This document shows positions 11,209 through 23,370 of a stretch of DNA of 64,000 nt, one piece after another; positions within the stretch are counted from its first letter, which is position 1, and every line of letters begins with the position of its first letter. The stretch comes from Amphiscolops sp. MND2022 (taxonomy: Eukaryota), in the NCBI GenBank assembly GCA_964187785.1, contig OZ076412.1, forward strand, positions 37,510,001 through 37,574,000, given 5' to 3'. A program made the translations under genes and the position numbers. The notes below the pieces were generated by a model. It was not told the DNA's origin. It worked only from the letters and a program-made list of their open reading frames with translations, and ran no database searches.

Positions 11209-12093
11209 TTGGAATTGGCCCAAGTCGGCGCCATATCTAAGGCTCAAAAGTAGCAAAGTGTCAAGTACTCTCTTCTACAGTACCCGAATGAGGAAAAAAG
11301 TCTCCGGTAAGTCACATTGTGCCGAAAGAACATGCACAAAAAATTTTGGTCGAGGGCGAGACTCGAACCCGCGTTTATCTGCTTGGCAGACCTCAAAAAA
11401 TCCTAATTAATTTATATACCTAGTGCCAGTAGACGCAGCGTGGCAGTTAGTGTTAGTGGAAGCCAGCTTATAAAGCTTATAAAATCTGTCACTTCGTTGG
11501 TCTTTCTAAAAATTCAGGTGTCAGGTCAAAACACCGCAGGTCAAAATACCAGAGGTCGAAAGACCATAGGTCATAAAACCACAGAGTCAAATTACCAGAC
11601 GGTCAAATTACCAGACAGTCAAAATACCAGAGGATTAGGAAACCAAGTATTGTACCACGAAGAATGATTATTATTTCTTTCTAAAACCGTAAAAAAGACT
11701 CATTTAGAGATCGCTTATTCATTCTTAATTGTTTAACTAGTGCAACTATTGTCAACGACTCGATAATCAAACTAGTGAATGGTCCCTTTCTTCACATATC
11801 ATTAACTAATTGCAACACTTTCGATTCTGAAAGCTCTGAAGTCATTTTAGTGCTAAAATCAATTCGAACTAATTCAACTCAAATTCGTTCGATTCTAACT
11901 GGTATTTTGACCGTCTGGTAATGTGACCGTCTGGTAATTTGACCGTCTGGTAATTTGACCGTCTGGTAATTTGACTCTTTGGTTTTATGACCTCTGGTCT
12001 TTCGACCTCTGGTATTTTGTCCTTTGGTATTTAGACGTGTAACCAAAAGTCACTGCTATAGTCGCGTTTTCTACACAAAGCGCCGACTAAAAA
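11209..12093 (-). mobile_element. AGTCGGCGC-subTIR family copy 2 (interrupted by a foldback element)
   Basis: AGTCGGCGC 11223-11231, GCGCCGACT 12080-12088 + AAAAA; minus-strand B-box at 11360-11369; ATATCTAAGGCTCAAAA motif shared with copies at 27.95 and 52.76 kb. Confidence 0.65.
11517..12044. mobile_element. Foldback (FB/MULE-like) element with modular 15-16-bp TIRs
   Basis: Left arm of GGTCAAATTACCAGAC-type units (11517-~11633) is the reverse complement of the right arm (~11900-12044), which has two extra units; flanks AAAATTCA / AAAAGTCA (7/8, candidate 8-bp TSD). Confidence 0.8.
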
Positions 12094-12399
12094 CCGCGGC
12101 TCAGGTATTACTTTTCCCCATTATGCGTGATGGGCGAAAAATCAAAGCTTTATTTCTTACCATTCAGAATGTAAATTTTTGCTATTTCGATGCACCTGAA
12201 AGGTTCCTGGGCGAAAATGATTTCAAATGGTTTTTTTCAGGTTTTTACTTTTTCTTTCAGAAAATACTCTCGAAAGCATAAAATAAGATAATTACGCGGA
12301 ATAATTGATTTTTTAATAGCATATCCGAATTGGTAGGTCTTGCCAGAAACAATGGGACCGTATCTAACTAATATAGAATTTTGAACCGAATCCGAAACA

Positions 12400-12850
12400 C
12401 AGGAAAACTTCTGGCGGAGGTTGATAGAAATAGAAAAAGATTGTGCATTTGAAAGAATAACAGCCGAAGATTTATTAATCTCATAATCCATGACCACACT
12501 TACGGATACGAAACTCCGAGACAAATTAATGAAAGAGAAAAAGCTCGAACTGAAGAAAACAATTGAAATGATCAAACAAAACACATATGAAAGAAAATAC
12601 CGGAAAAAAATACCGGAAGCTTTGATTACAAACTGAGAGAAAAATTAAAGAAGAGCTAATACAAAGAACGGAAAGATCCGACACAAGACCGAAAAACAAA
12701 TTTACAAACGAAAAACCGTAAAAAATTTTGTAATGCACCAACCTGGAACCCCCTCACAAATGCCCGGCATCCTGATTGGGAAAACTTTGCAAAAACTGCA
12801 GAAAAAAGGGACATTTCGCACGAGTATGCAGACAAAGAGAAAACAATCAA
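12400..12850 (+). pseudogene. gag: gag remnant of Gypsy A
   Basis: Translates FWRRLIEIEKDCAFERITAEDLLIS*...KLRDKLMKEKKLELKKTIEMIKQNTYE, followed by a degenerate Cys/His knuckle near 12720-12830. Confidence 0.7.
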
Positions 12851-13097
12851 CGCAAAGTACGCATGTAACCGAAGGCGAATCAGAGGCAATTGGAGGCGAA
12901 TCCTACGAATCAGAAACGAATATGCACAGAAATGAAAGAACAAACAGAATTACCCACAAAAAATGCTTGATAGCCGTGGTAAAAATAAACAGTATCGAAA
13001 TGGAATTTATACTGGACACCGGATCACCAATTTCAATAACGCCTGTAGACGAAAATATGATGAAACAAGCCGCGATACAAAAGGTGAAACAACGGCA

Positions 13098-14804
13098 TCT
13101 AGCCCGGCATGTACGGGTGTCGTTTGGGTATGTAGTTGCCATACGTCGTCGAAGGGCATGCCTCGGCATGCCCAAAGAGACGGTGGGCGTTGACGTTGGT
13201 ATATGGGCGTCGGGTTGAATTTCATGCAACGGTAAGGTGTGGTACCTGAGAACAATTTTGTTTCACGATTCATGAAGGATGGCCCTTCCAAAATGACACA
13301 AGGCCAACATGAAAGGCTATTAAAATGTAACGGTTATGTTGACTGAAGCATTGGAGGTCCCTGGAACCAATGTGGAAAAATTCTATTTTGAAAAAAAGTC
13401 CATAATAGTTGATATTATGACGATTCAACCCACAAATCTACGCCCAAAGACATTTTGAAACAAATAACCCTATCCTGTGTCCAACGGTTTGGACTTCTTC
13501 CGGTGCTATGTAAAGTTACCCCCCACAAGGTTTCATGACTATGTTCACTACTGCAGACCGTCGAAACACTTAATTATTACTTTTATATATGAAATACCAT
13601 ACATTTGTACTCTTTAAACACAAAATTAGACTGTTTCCGGTCACTTCCGGCATCAGGGGGACTTTAGAGTCAACATAACGGTTATATCTGAATGCTCGCC
13701 TCACGTCGTCTTTTCCATCATATAGTAACCAAGCACCTATCACTACTCCTTCCGCAACTAAATGCCCTTCAAAAACTACAAAAAACGAAATTTTACTCAC
13801 ATAACGGTCATTTCCGGTCTCAAGGGGTAACGGGGGGTGACTGAAACTATATCCCCCAACTCGTCTCAATGAGTACTACAATAAGTTACCTAACGTTGCC
13901 ACGCTCGGAGGGACCCTTTGGGCTCAAAAAATGACATTTCCGGTCACATAGCGTTTAGGCTGGGGGGGGGGCAAGTCGGTAACGGTGATAGAGGGCGGTA
14001 ATCTGTTTGCCCCCTGAAGGTACCATATCATGGGTATGAAACCTTGTAGTAGTGATGGACACGACAGCTCCACGCGTTCACGAGATATTTACCCCTCAAT
14101 GCCCATATTACGGTAAAAAAGGAGACGATCATCCTAATAGCGGCTAACGGGTTGGGCCAGGGGTTGTTTCCGATTGGTCCTTGTCTAAACCTACTTTTGA
14201 TAAATGGCACCCGACGCGCTACTCCCACTCCTTCACACCGGAAATAACGAGGAAAATTAGAGGGGGGGAATTTTAAAACTCACATTACAGTCATTTCTTG
14301 TCCGAGGGGTAAGCTGGAGTCGGCAAACTACATGCCCCTAAACACGGCTCCAGGTGCTCTACAAAACATTACCTAAGGCCTCCGCGCTCAGACGACTTAT
14401 TCCCGGTCAAAAAGTACAATTTCCGGTAAAATAACGGTTGGGCCGGGGGGGGGGGCAGTTCCGTAACGGTGCATGATAGAAAAATTTTGTTTGGACCTGT
14501 GGAGGCACCGTATCACGTACATGAGGTTTTGTCTACGACTCGCTAAATCCAACCGAAAAAAGTTATGTGGTCAAATATAAATTTTACCCCCTGAGTTACC
14601 CCTTAACGGTCTCCGTTACCGATGACCTCCACTTTCAACCAGAATGGAACCCGGTGAGGCGATCTACTATCAAAAACTGAGCACGGTTAGATTAGGTCGC
14701 AAAAAAAGTGTCGATTTAGGTGAGGAAGCTTCGGTCTCTAGCTCGGATTCAGGACCCTACCCGAATCCTCCACAATCTATGTTAGGGTCATCCCCCCCCC
14801 CCCC
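13098..14804 (-). mobile_element. Non-coding insertion with a Helitron-like 3' end, splitting the Gypsy A protease
   Basis: The protease frame ...KVKQRH | QDV... resumes at 14808; the minus strand ends CCCG-TACATGC-CGGG-CTAG (13117-13099); perfect 9-bp hairpin at 13154-13173; other end is a C13 run; GCA flanks both junctions. Helitron assignment is inference. Confidence 0.5.
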
Positions 14805-17386
14805 GCACCAAGATGTAAAAAAACGAAGTAAAGTTTCGGAGGAAATTACCGGCGAACACTGAATAAAAAAATACCAACCAGTAAATGCAATTTCTAATAA
14901 CCGAAAGAAATGACATCACACCGCTACTCGGTATGGATTGGATGAAGAAATTCAATTTGATAATTGGAAACATCCGATTGGAAGACAATAGCCAATCAGA
15001 AAAAAGACGAGTAATCAAAAAGTTTCCAGATCTATTCAAGATGAAAGATACCGAAAAAAACATCCAACTAAAACCGGGACACTATCCGGTGAAACCAAAA
15101 GCAAGACCAATCCCATTACATCTACAAGAAAAAATCGGGAGAGAATAAGAAAAATTGATAAAATCCGTACACTTGGTAAAAAGATGAAGATTGCTTTGTT
15201 TCACCGGTAGTAATTACTGTAAAAAGCGATACGTCGGTAAAAATAGCGTTAGACTCAAGAAAACTAAACGATAGTTGTATAAAAAGCCGACCACACATGC
15301 AAAATATGGAAGAGCTATTAAACCAAATTTCAGCGGAAATTACAAGAGACCGAACAAAAGAATTGATGATATCGAAGATCGACATCGACTACGCATACGG
15401 CCAAATGAAATTATCAAAAGAAACAAGCCGACAATGTGTATTTGCAAAAACGGGAGGAAATTTCAGTGGTATCCCTACGGACTCTATGGTCTTGCCGACA
15501 TCCTACAATAATCCAAAAAAAATGACTGAACCTTAGAAGATTCTAAACCAGCATACTGGATGACATAATAGTGGTAACAAGGGGTGACCGAACGGAACAC
15601 GAGAAGAAAATATTTGATTTACTGAAAAATTGGAAAATGCATAACACCGAGAAAGTGAAAGAAAATCCGAATTCTTTCTAAACAAAACCAAATGCGAATG
15701 GCTTCAACACGAAATTAATGAAACGGGAATCAAACCGAAGAAAGAAAAAGTCAAAGCAATACTGGAATTAGTTGGGCCAGGGGTTGTTTCCGATTGGTCC
15801 TTGTCTAAACCTACTTTTGATAAATGGCACCCGACGTGCTACTCCCACTCCTTCACACCGGAAATAACGAGGAAAATTAGAGGGGGGCAATTTTAAAACT
15901 CACATTACAGTCATTTCTTGTCCGAGGGGTAAGCTGGAGTCGGCAAACTACATGCCCCTCAACACGGCTCCAGGTGCTCTACAAAACATTACCTAAGGCC
16001 TCCGCGCTCAGACGACTTCTTCCCGGTCAAAAAGTACAATTTCCGGTAAAATAACGGTTGGGCCGGGGGGGGGGGCAGTTTCGTAACGGTGCATGATGGA
16101 AAAATTTTGTTTGGACCTATGGAGGCACCGTATCACGTACATGAGGTTTTGTCTACGACTCGCTAAATCCAACCGAAAAAAGTTATGTGGTCAAATATAA
16201 ATTTTACCCCCTGAGTTACCCCTTAACGGTCTCCGTTACCGATGACCTCCACTTTCAACCAGAATGGAACCCGGTGAGGCGATCTACTATCAAAAACTGA
16301 GCACGGTTAGATTAGGTCGCAAAAAAAGTGTCGATTTAGGTGAGGAAGCTTCGGTCTCTAGCTCGGATTCAGGACCCTACCCGAATCCTCCACAATCTAT
16401 GTTAGGGTCACCCCCCCCCCGCACCAAGATGTAAAAAAACGAAGTAAAGTTTCGGAGGAAATTACCGGCGAACACTGAATAAGAAAATACCAACCAGTAA
16501 ATGCAATTTCTAATAACCGAAAGAAATGACATCACACCGCTACTCGGTATGGATTGGATGAAGAAATTCAATTTGATAATTGGAAACATCCGATTGGAAG
16601 ACAATAGCCAATCAGAAAAAAGACGAGTAATCAAAAAGTTTCCAGATCTATTCAAGATAAAAGATACCGAAAAAAACATCCAACTAAAACCGGGACACTA
16701 TACGGTGAAACAAAAAGCAAGACCAATCCCATTACATCTACAAGAAAAAAGCGGGAGAGAATAAGAAAAATTGATAAAATCCGTACACTTGGTAAAAAGA
16801 TGAAGATTGCTTTGTTTCACCGGTAGTAATTACTGTAAAAAGCGATACGTCGGTAAAAATAGCGTTAGACTCAAGAAAACTAAACGATAGTTGTATTAAA
16901 AGCCGACCACACATGCAAAATATGGAAGAGCTATTAATCCAAATTTCAGCGGAAATTACAAGAGACCGAACAAAAGAATTGATGATATCGAAGATCGACA
17001 TCGACTACGCATACGGCCAAATGAAATTATCAAAAGAAACAAGCCGACAATGTGTATTTGCAAAAACGGGAGGAAATTTCAGTGGATATCCCTACGGACT
17101 CTATGGTCTTGCCGACATCCTACAATAATCCAAAAAAATGACTGAACCTTAGAAGATTCTAAACCAGCATACTGGATGACATAATAGTGGTAACAAGGGG
17201 TGACCGAACGGAACACGAGAAGAAATTATTTGATTTACTGAAAAATTGGAAAATGCATAACACCGAGAAAGTGAAAGAAAATCCGAATTCTTTCTAAACA
17301 AAACCAAATGCGAATGGCTTCAACACGAAATTATTGAAACGGGAATCAAACCGAAGAAAGAAAAAGTCAAAGCAATACTGGAATTA
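14151..17386 (+). repeat. Tandem duplication, unit ~1620 bp (14151-15770 / 15771-17386)
   Basis: Both copies start GTTGGGCCAGGGGTTG and end ...ACTGGAATTA; about 20 substitutions or homopolymer indels by eye (~99% identical). Confidence 0.95.
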
Positions 17387-20300
17387 ATACTCCAGGAAAA
17401 CCAAAAACAACTGAAATCATTTCTCGGTGCAATACAATACCTTGCAAAAATTATACCGAGATTATCGGAAAGAATCGAAAGATTTCGAAGAAAGATTCCA
17501 CAAGGAAATGGGGAAAACAACAAGAGGTAGACTTCAATAACAAAAAGTGAATGTTAACAGAAGAACCTTGTTTGGCACATTTCGCAAAAGATAGAGAAAA
17601 CATAGTCACAACAGGTGCGAGCAAAACAGGATTCGGAAAAACGTTTTGCCAACAACAGTCGGACGGGGAAACAAAACCGATAGCTTTCGGTAGCAGATAT
17701 TTGAATGACAGCGAAAAGAATTATTCAGTTGTTGAACTAGAATTACTGGCAGTTGTTTGGGGCCTAGAAATCTTCCGATTTTACCTATACGGAAAAAATT
17801 GTTTTCTACAGACCATCAAGCGCTTGAACCTTTGAATAAAAGAAACCGGTGCAATCGACAATACAGCGCAAGATTAACTAGATGGTTAGATCGACTCGCC
17901 CACTTCGATATAGCTATTCAACACGTTGCAGGAAGTAATTTAAAATTTAGCAATTTTCTAAGTAGAAATCCGGTAGCAGTCGGAACGACCGAAGACGTAT
18001 ACGATGAGCAATACGTACTTAACATCTTTTCGGAACAAGCCGAATTGAATATTAAATACGGAATATTATTCGCCGACCAATCACAAAATACAACGGAAAG
18101 AACAAAAGCGTCCGGAACAAACTTTAACGACCAATCACAGCCGAATAGAACATTCAAGAATTACCGAAACGTGAACTAATGTTGCGAACAAAGAGAACCG
18201 CAGTAAACAAACGACGACAAAAAACTAAAACGGAAAGTTCAATCCGATAGTTAAATCAAAATTCAAATTCAAGTTCAATTTTTTTTCAAACATAACCTCT
18301 ATTCAAGACCGAAATGGACCGGGAACGTTTTCATTGGGGTGCAACCACCGAAAGCATGGAAAAAATCAGAAGAAAAGGAGAGAGCCCGGAGACCCTCAGA
18401 CTTGTAGAGAGACGGCTAGAAACCTCCCGACCTGGAACGATACGCCGAAAAATTGTCATGAGCGCTCAAAGACAAATATGGATCCCCTCAATGCCAAAAA
18501 AAAGAAGTCGAGAGGAGAACGCGGAAATAGACGGTGAGCTACTGTCACGGGCAAACAGATTCAGCGGAAGGTACCAACCTCTAGAAGAACGCAGAGAAGA
18601 AGAACAAGAAATTCAACAACTGGAGATAATAGAAGAAACCGAACAAGAAAGTGGGAGCGAAAGGCAAAAAATCCAATTTGACAACTTCACAATCGTTGAT
18701 CTGAAGGCATATAATACGGAAAGAAAAGAGGCTCAATTTGTCCAGATCAACAAAGTAATCGAAAAAGTTACCGGGAATAAAAAAACCACCGAAAATACGA
18801 TCAAAAAGGCTGAATTCATTATAATGCTCAACCTAAAAATGTTGATAGCAAAATTAACTACCGACGCAGAATTAAACCGGTCAGAGACGCTATGAGATGA
18901 AACGAGAACGCGGCCTCGGGAACATTCCGAACAATATTCGAAAACTGAGCAGTAAATGGGGGCTAACGTTTAACGACGACCGAACAGGGGGGCCAAACCA
19001 ACTGAGGAAGAAGCTATTGGAGAGACTACATTTCGGACACGCCGGGTCCACTAAAACGGTAGCGGAAGCCAAAATCTTCTGGTCGCCCAATATGCAAAAA
19101 GAGATTGAAGAAAAAGCAAAAATTGTGTGGTCTGCATGGCATCTGGTAAGAATTTGAAATACCAATTACCGAAACGCGAATTCGGAAAACTAAAACATTA
19201 ACGGAACCGGGACAAGAAATCCCAATTGATTCTTCCGGAAAGGTAAACAACGAAAAATGAAACAGAGAATTCCAATTTCTAATTGCGATAGATAGATTTA
19301 GCAAATGCCCAACAGCAAAAATTTGCAAATCAGCGGAAACTATGAAAGTACTAAACTTTCTGATACAAAACTTTAATTTATACGGACTACCCGAGAAAAT
19401 AAAAACTGACAAAGGCGGAGCTTTCATTTCAGAAGAATACAAAGACGTTTGCGAGTTGAAAAATATAGAAATTGAATATTGCAGACCGAGAATACAAACG
19501 GGTACGGGAGCGGTAGAACGCGCAATACAAACATTGAAGAGTCTACTCATCTACTCATCACAAATTTGGATTAAAACACATGTTTAACCGAATGCGTAAA
19601 TAGAGCATTGAATAATATGCGTTTTACAATACATACGAGAATGAAAATTACACCGTTCGAATTACATCACAGTCGGAAACCAAGAACCGAACCAACGAAA
19701 GTGATTAAAAACGGAAAATCGTTCCTCTCTAATTGGTCGGAATTACCTGTTTCAGCGAGTAACAGACCGACGATCCCCGTCTATGTAATGAGAAATGGTG
19801 TTGGAGGGGTGTCAAACCACATCATTATGGCCTGGACCAAGAATGAAAGAAAAGCATTAACCGAAAAATCACCGAAGAAGTAAAATTCGGCTGGTAAATA
19901 CCCTTTTCAGTTTTTCGAAAAGAATTATACCAAAAAATCACTGGAGGGTAGATTTCAGAAAAAAATACAAACTGCAGTAAATTATCCACCGATACCGGAA
20001 AAAAAATCACCGAAAATTTATTTCGGGTTCAATTGTATTTAGAAAGAAAGGAAAACAGCACCGAAAATTGGAGATACCATCACTCCAAAAAACCGTCATT
20101 GCCTCAGAGGAGTTGATGGCAAACACATACAATGGAATGAGATTTTGAGAGACGTACTCAACGGAAAGTTGAAAATCATCCAAAACCAAAGAACCGAATT
20201 CGACTCCGAAAGCGAAGAAGGCGAGATAGATGACGTAGAGAATGGTTTCGAAAATCACGACACTTCCGAAAAAGACGCCCGCTACCGACCAGTGACAACA

Positions 20301-20618
20301 TCCCCCGAGGATGAATTAAACCTACACCCGGACGGTGAAATAAATCGGGTGAGACAAAACCTAAAAATAATACAACCGAAATTGAAAAAATAAGGCGGTC
20401 AAATCGTGAAAGTAGACAACCGAACGGATACGGGGGAGTAAAAATACAAAAAATTTTTGGGTGTGAATTTAACAAAATAAAAATCTTACGGGCGAAAAAT
20501 GGAGCAACCGCAAAGAGACCCCGAAACCTTTGACGAAACCAGCAGACTTCACCCGGAAGAAAACATCGACTCCAGGAACATCGACGCAGTGAGTGAAGAA
20601 AGCCCGGAAAGGAGGAAA

Positions 20619-20884
20619 TGTTGTACGGTATAATACCGGACCGATTATTCGGTTACATTGTCAATCAAACTTAGATCTTTCTTAGAACCAAACTAATTAC
20701 GCAGATCAATTGAGATTTATGTTTATACATATCTGTAAACATAGTGCTAATCTTTTGTACTAAAGATAGATGATTTGAGATAAATGTCTAGTTACGAGAA
20801 GAATCGTTTTGACTTTGCGTTATGTTCAAAATATACTTTTTACAAAACTTAAATTGTTTTCTTATCAAACCAAGAAATAGAACA
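20619..20884 (+). repeat. Putative 3' LTR of Gypsy A
   Basis: Starts TGTT right after the purine tract; right end inferred from TAGAACA at 20878-20884 (same ending as the Gypsy B LTR). No partner LTR is present to confirm the boundary. Confidence 0.5.
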
Positions 20885-22715
20885 GACTTATCCCATGCCC
20901 GACTTGTTTTAGCTGAAGCCAGATCAGTAAAATTCCAAATGTGGTACCGTAGATTTATTGTATTCCCAATAACAAATATACATCTATCTCTTTTATTAGA
21001 AATCTGATTAATTGTCAAAGTCAAGTTCGACGTGTGTGTTATAAGCGGCGCTCGAAAGGGTGAAAAAGTGGGAAGAACATTGAAGTTGTTGTCACAAAAA
21101 CTTTGATCAAGTTTGGGAGCAAGACGCCTGCAATGTTTCCGTTGATTATTATCAGCTTTTCTGACAAGTTTTTCCTTTAATGAAGAAACCTTTTCGCGAA
21201 ATAAACACGCTGATATACACTCTACGTTATGAAAATCAAAAATCATAAAATGAACACTTTAGGTTTTGGAACCTTTTGGCATTTCCTAGAGCAATCGTTT
21301 CTTTGTGAAAGTATCAAATATGAAACATGAAAATTTGTTTCTCCAGTACGCACATTGAAAAAAAAATCCAGTAGATTGAAACTTTGAATTGCAGTTACCC
21401 ATTTTTTTTCGACTCCCGGCTGTTTTTGCAACGACAGAACAATTTTTAAAACTTTTGGTGGGTATGAGTTTAAACGTTTTGATGTGTGGAAGAGAGCTAC
21501 GCGGGTGCCTCTATCCATTATCAAGGAGAATAAGAAATATCAATGATGGGAGTAGGTTTGTATCTCTCTCAACTCACCATTGTTGGTCCTTGAGCAAGTC
21601 CATCATCACTAATTTAGTGGTATTGTCAATAACAAAAATAACGAAATTGGCGGATAAGGGGAAAATAAAAAGAGCAAAAGCGTGAGAAAGTCAGACCTTG
21701 AGCAAGTGACTTTGAAACCACAGCTTCGGGTCGACCATTTGGTTGCAAATATGGTACCATAATATCCGAACGGGAGTTGACTTAGAAAAGTAGAACTGGT
21801 TTTCCGGCGTCCATCCCGCAAAATTGGGGAAATAACTATGCTACTAATCACAATATCTGAAGATCTGAAGTAGCATCAGTAAATCAGACGCTTAGTCACA
21901 TTTACCAAGCAATAAGTTTTTCATTCCAATATTGCCGTTGCCAAATGCGTTCACGTTTTCAAATTGAAATCCAAAATTGTTATTACCTGGATAACGTTAC
22001 AGGAACCGGATATAACGAAATAAACTCTGATCAAATGGATTGAGTCAAAAGTCAAATGTTGTTTTCAAAATGTCCTTTTCAAAACAGAAAAACCCAAAGA
22101 ACGTCAAGTTTAACCGTCTGCCATTTTAGGATTTCACGAAACAACTTTTTCTGTCTGTCAAACTATTTCGAAAATTTTTCGATGAAACTAGTATGCTCTT
22201 GTTTCTCATTACTCCACAAACACTTCTCTATTGTGATTTCTGAGAGATCCTTTTTATGCGCCTTCAGACCTATACAAAACAAAAACTTTTGTAAAATTTT
22301 GTGTTCCCGTTGCTTTCTACTTCTTGTTAACATTTTGTTATTTTTTAGAAGCCGTATGATAAATGTAATGACAGAAAAATTTAATTCGAGACTGTAAATG
22401 GCTGTAAAAGACGAGTGGTAAAATTTACCAAATCAATGTCCAATTCCAGGTTTTTGAACTAATTCGTTTGAAAATCTTTTTGGTTGCAAAAACTGTTGCT
22501 TCAGCCTTGTTCAAACCGCGTGAACGGTTTTTTAACATGTTTTTAAAGGTTCCCAACAACCTTCATTATGATTTTCTGAAACTCTAACTGAAACTTGCAT
22601 GAGCTAATGAGTTATTGAGAAATCAAAGTGGGAAAACGGTGTGATAGTGTCGCAAGTTTTTTCGATTTCAATTGCAATAGTAGAAACTGCAGTGTAATTT
22701 TACCGGTATGCGGAA

Positions 22716-22834
22716 AACTCGTCGAAAACAACTCGCCGAATGCAACTCGTCGAAAACAACTCGTCGAAAATAAAGGGCGGAAAACTGGTCGAAAATTAAC
22801 TCGTCGAATGATAATTAAGTGCAAACTCGTCGAA
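22716..22834. repeat. Tandem AACTCGTCGAA units (14-bp core period), likely one arm of a foldback element
   Basis: About seven copies read directly, the first four at exact 14-bp spacing. Confidence 0.8.
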
Positions 22835-23352
22835 TTCTTACAGGTTACCCACTGGGATGATTCAGTTCTAATTATGATTTAATTTTCGTTAATTGATGCG
22901 TAAAATCTTAACCAATTTTACCAGATTTATCGCCGGAGGCTCATTGGATTATCTATATTTTGTTTTAAAAGTAACCTGCATGCAGTCTTGTTCCTGCAAA
23001 AAGTTCCTGCAGTCTTGACTTGGGTAGTGATTGATCACAGGGAGCATAAAAACTCTATGGGGGCAATTTACAGTTTCTTTCTCGAGAAACGAATAACATA
23101 TGTCTCAAGTTAAAATAGGTTTTCTTGGTCATTGTGGTTAATTAGTTTTTCAATATTTCAATCTATGTATTCTAAGTTTGTTGACATACGTTGTTGCGCA
23201 ATTTCCAGACATGCATAAAAAGTGCGCACATTGTTTTCAAAACGTTTGATCAGATAGCGTTTATCATCGAAAAAACTTTCAGGAAAAGATTCTCAATGTA
23301 TGTTCCGAATCTCATCGAGGCGGCAAAAATTTAAAGTTTCAGTAAAATAAGA

Positions 23353-23370
23353 CAACAACAACAACAACAA
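23353..23370. repeat. (CAA)6 microsatellite
   Basis: Read directly. Confidence 0.9.

Larger units (their letters stand above)
12960..19880 (+). pseudogene. pol: pol remnant of Gypsy A (protease, RT, RNase H, integrase)
   Basis: Protease ILDTGS (~13010); RT SKIDIDYAYGQ and LDDIIV (15556-15570, repeated in the duplicate); RNase H PIAFGSRYLNDSEKNYSVVELELLAVVWGL and TDHQAL; integrase LHFGH, KTDKGGAF, GAVERAIQTLK. Confidence 0.9.
12390..20884 (+). mobile_element. Decayed Ty3/Gypsy LTR retrotransposon A (5' LTR missing)
   Basis: Domain order gag, protease, RT, RNase H, integrase with many stops and frameshifts; purine tract 20597-20618 followed by TGTTG at 20619. Confidence 0.92.

Noticed and set aside
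21556-21700. GTPase-like exon (ANFVIFVIDNTTK...|GTGAGT) on the minus strand
   Set aside because: No AG acceptor lies between the upstream in-frame stop and the motif.
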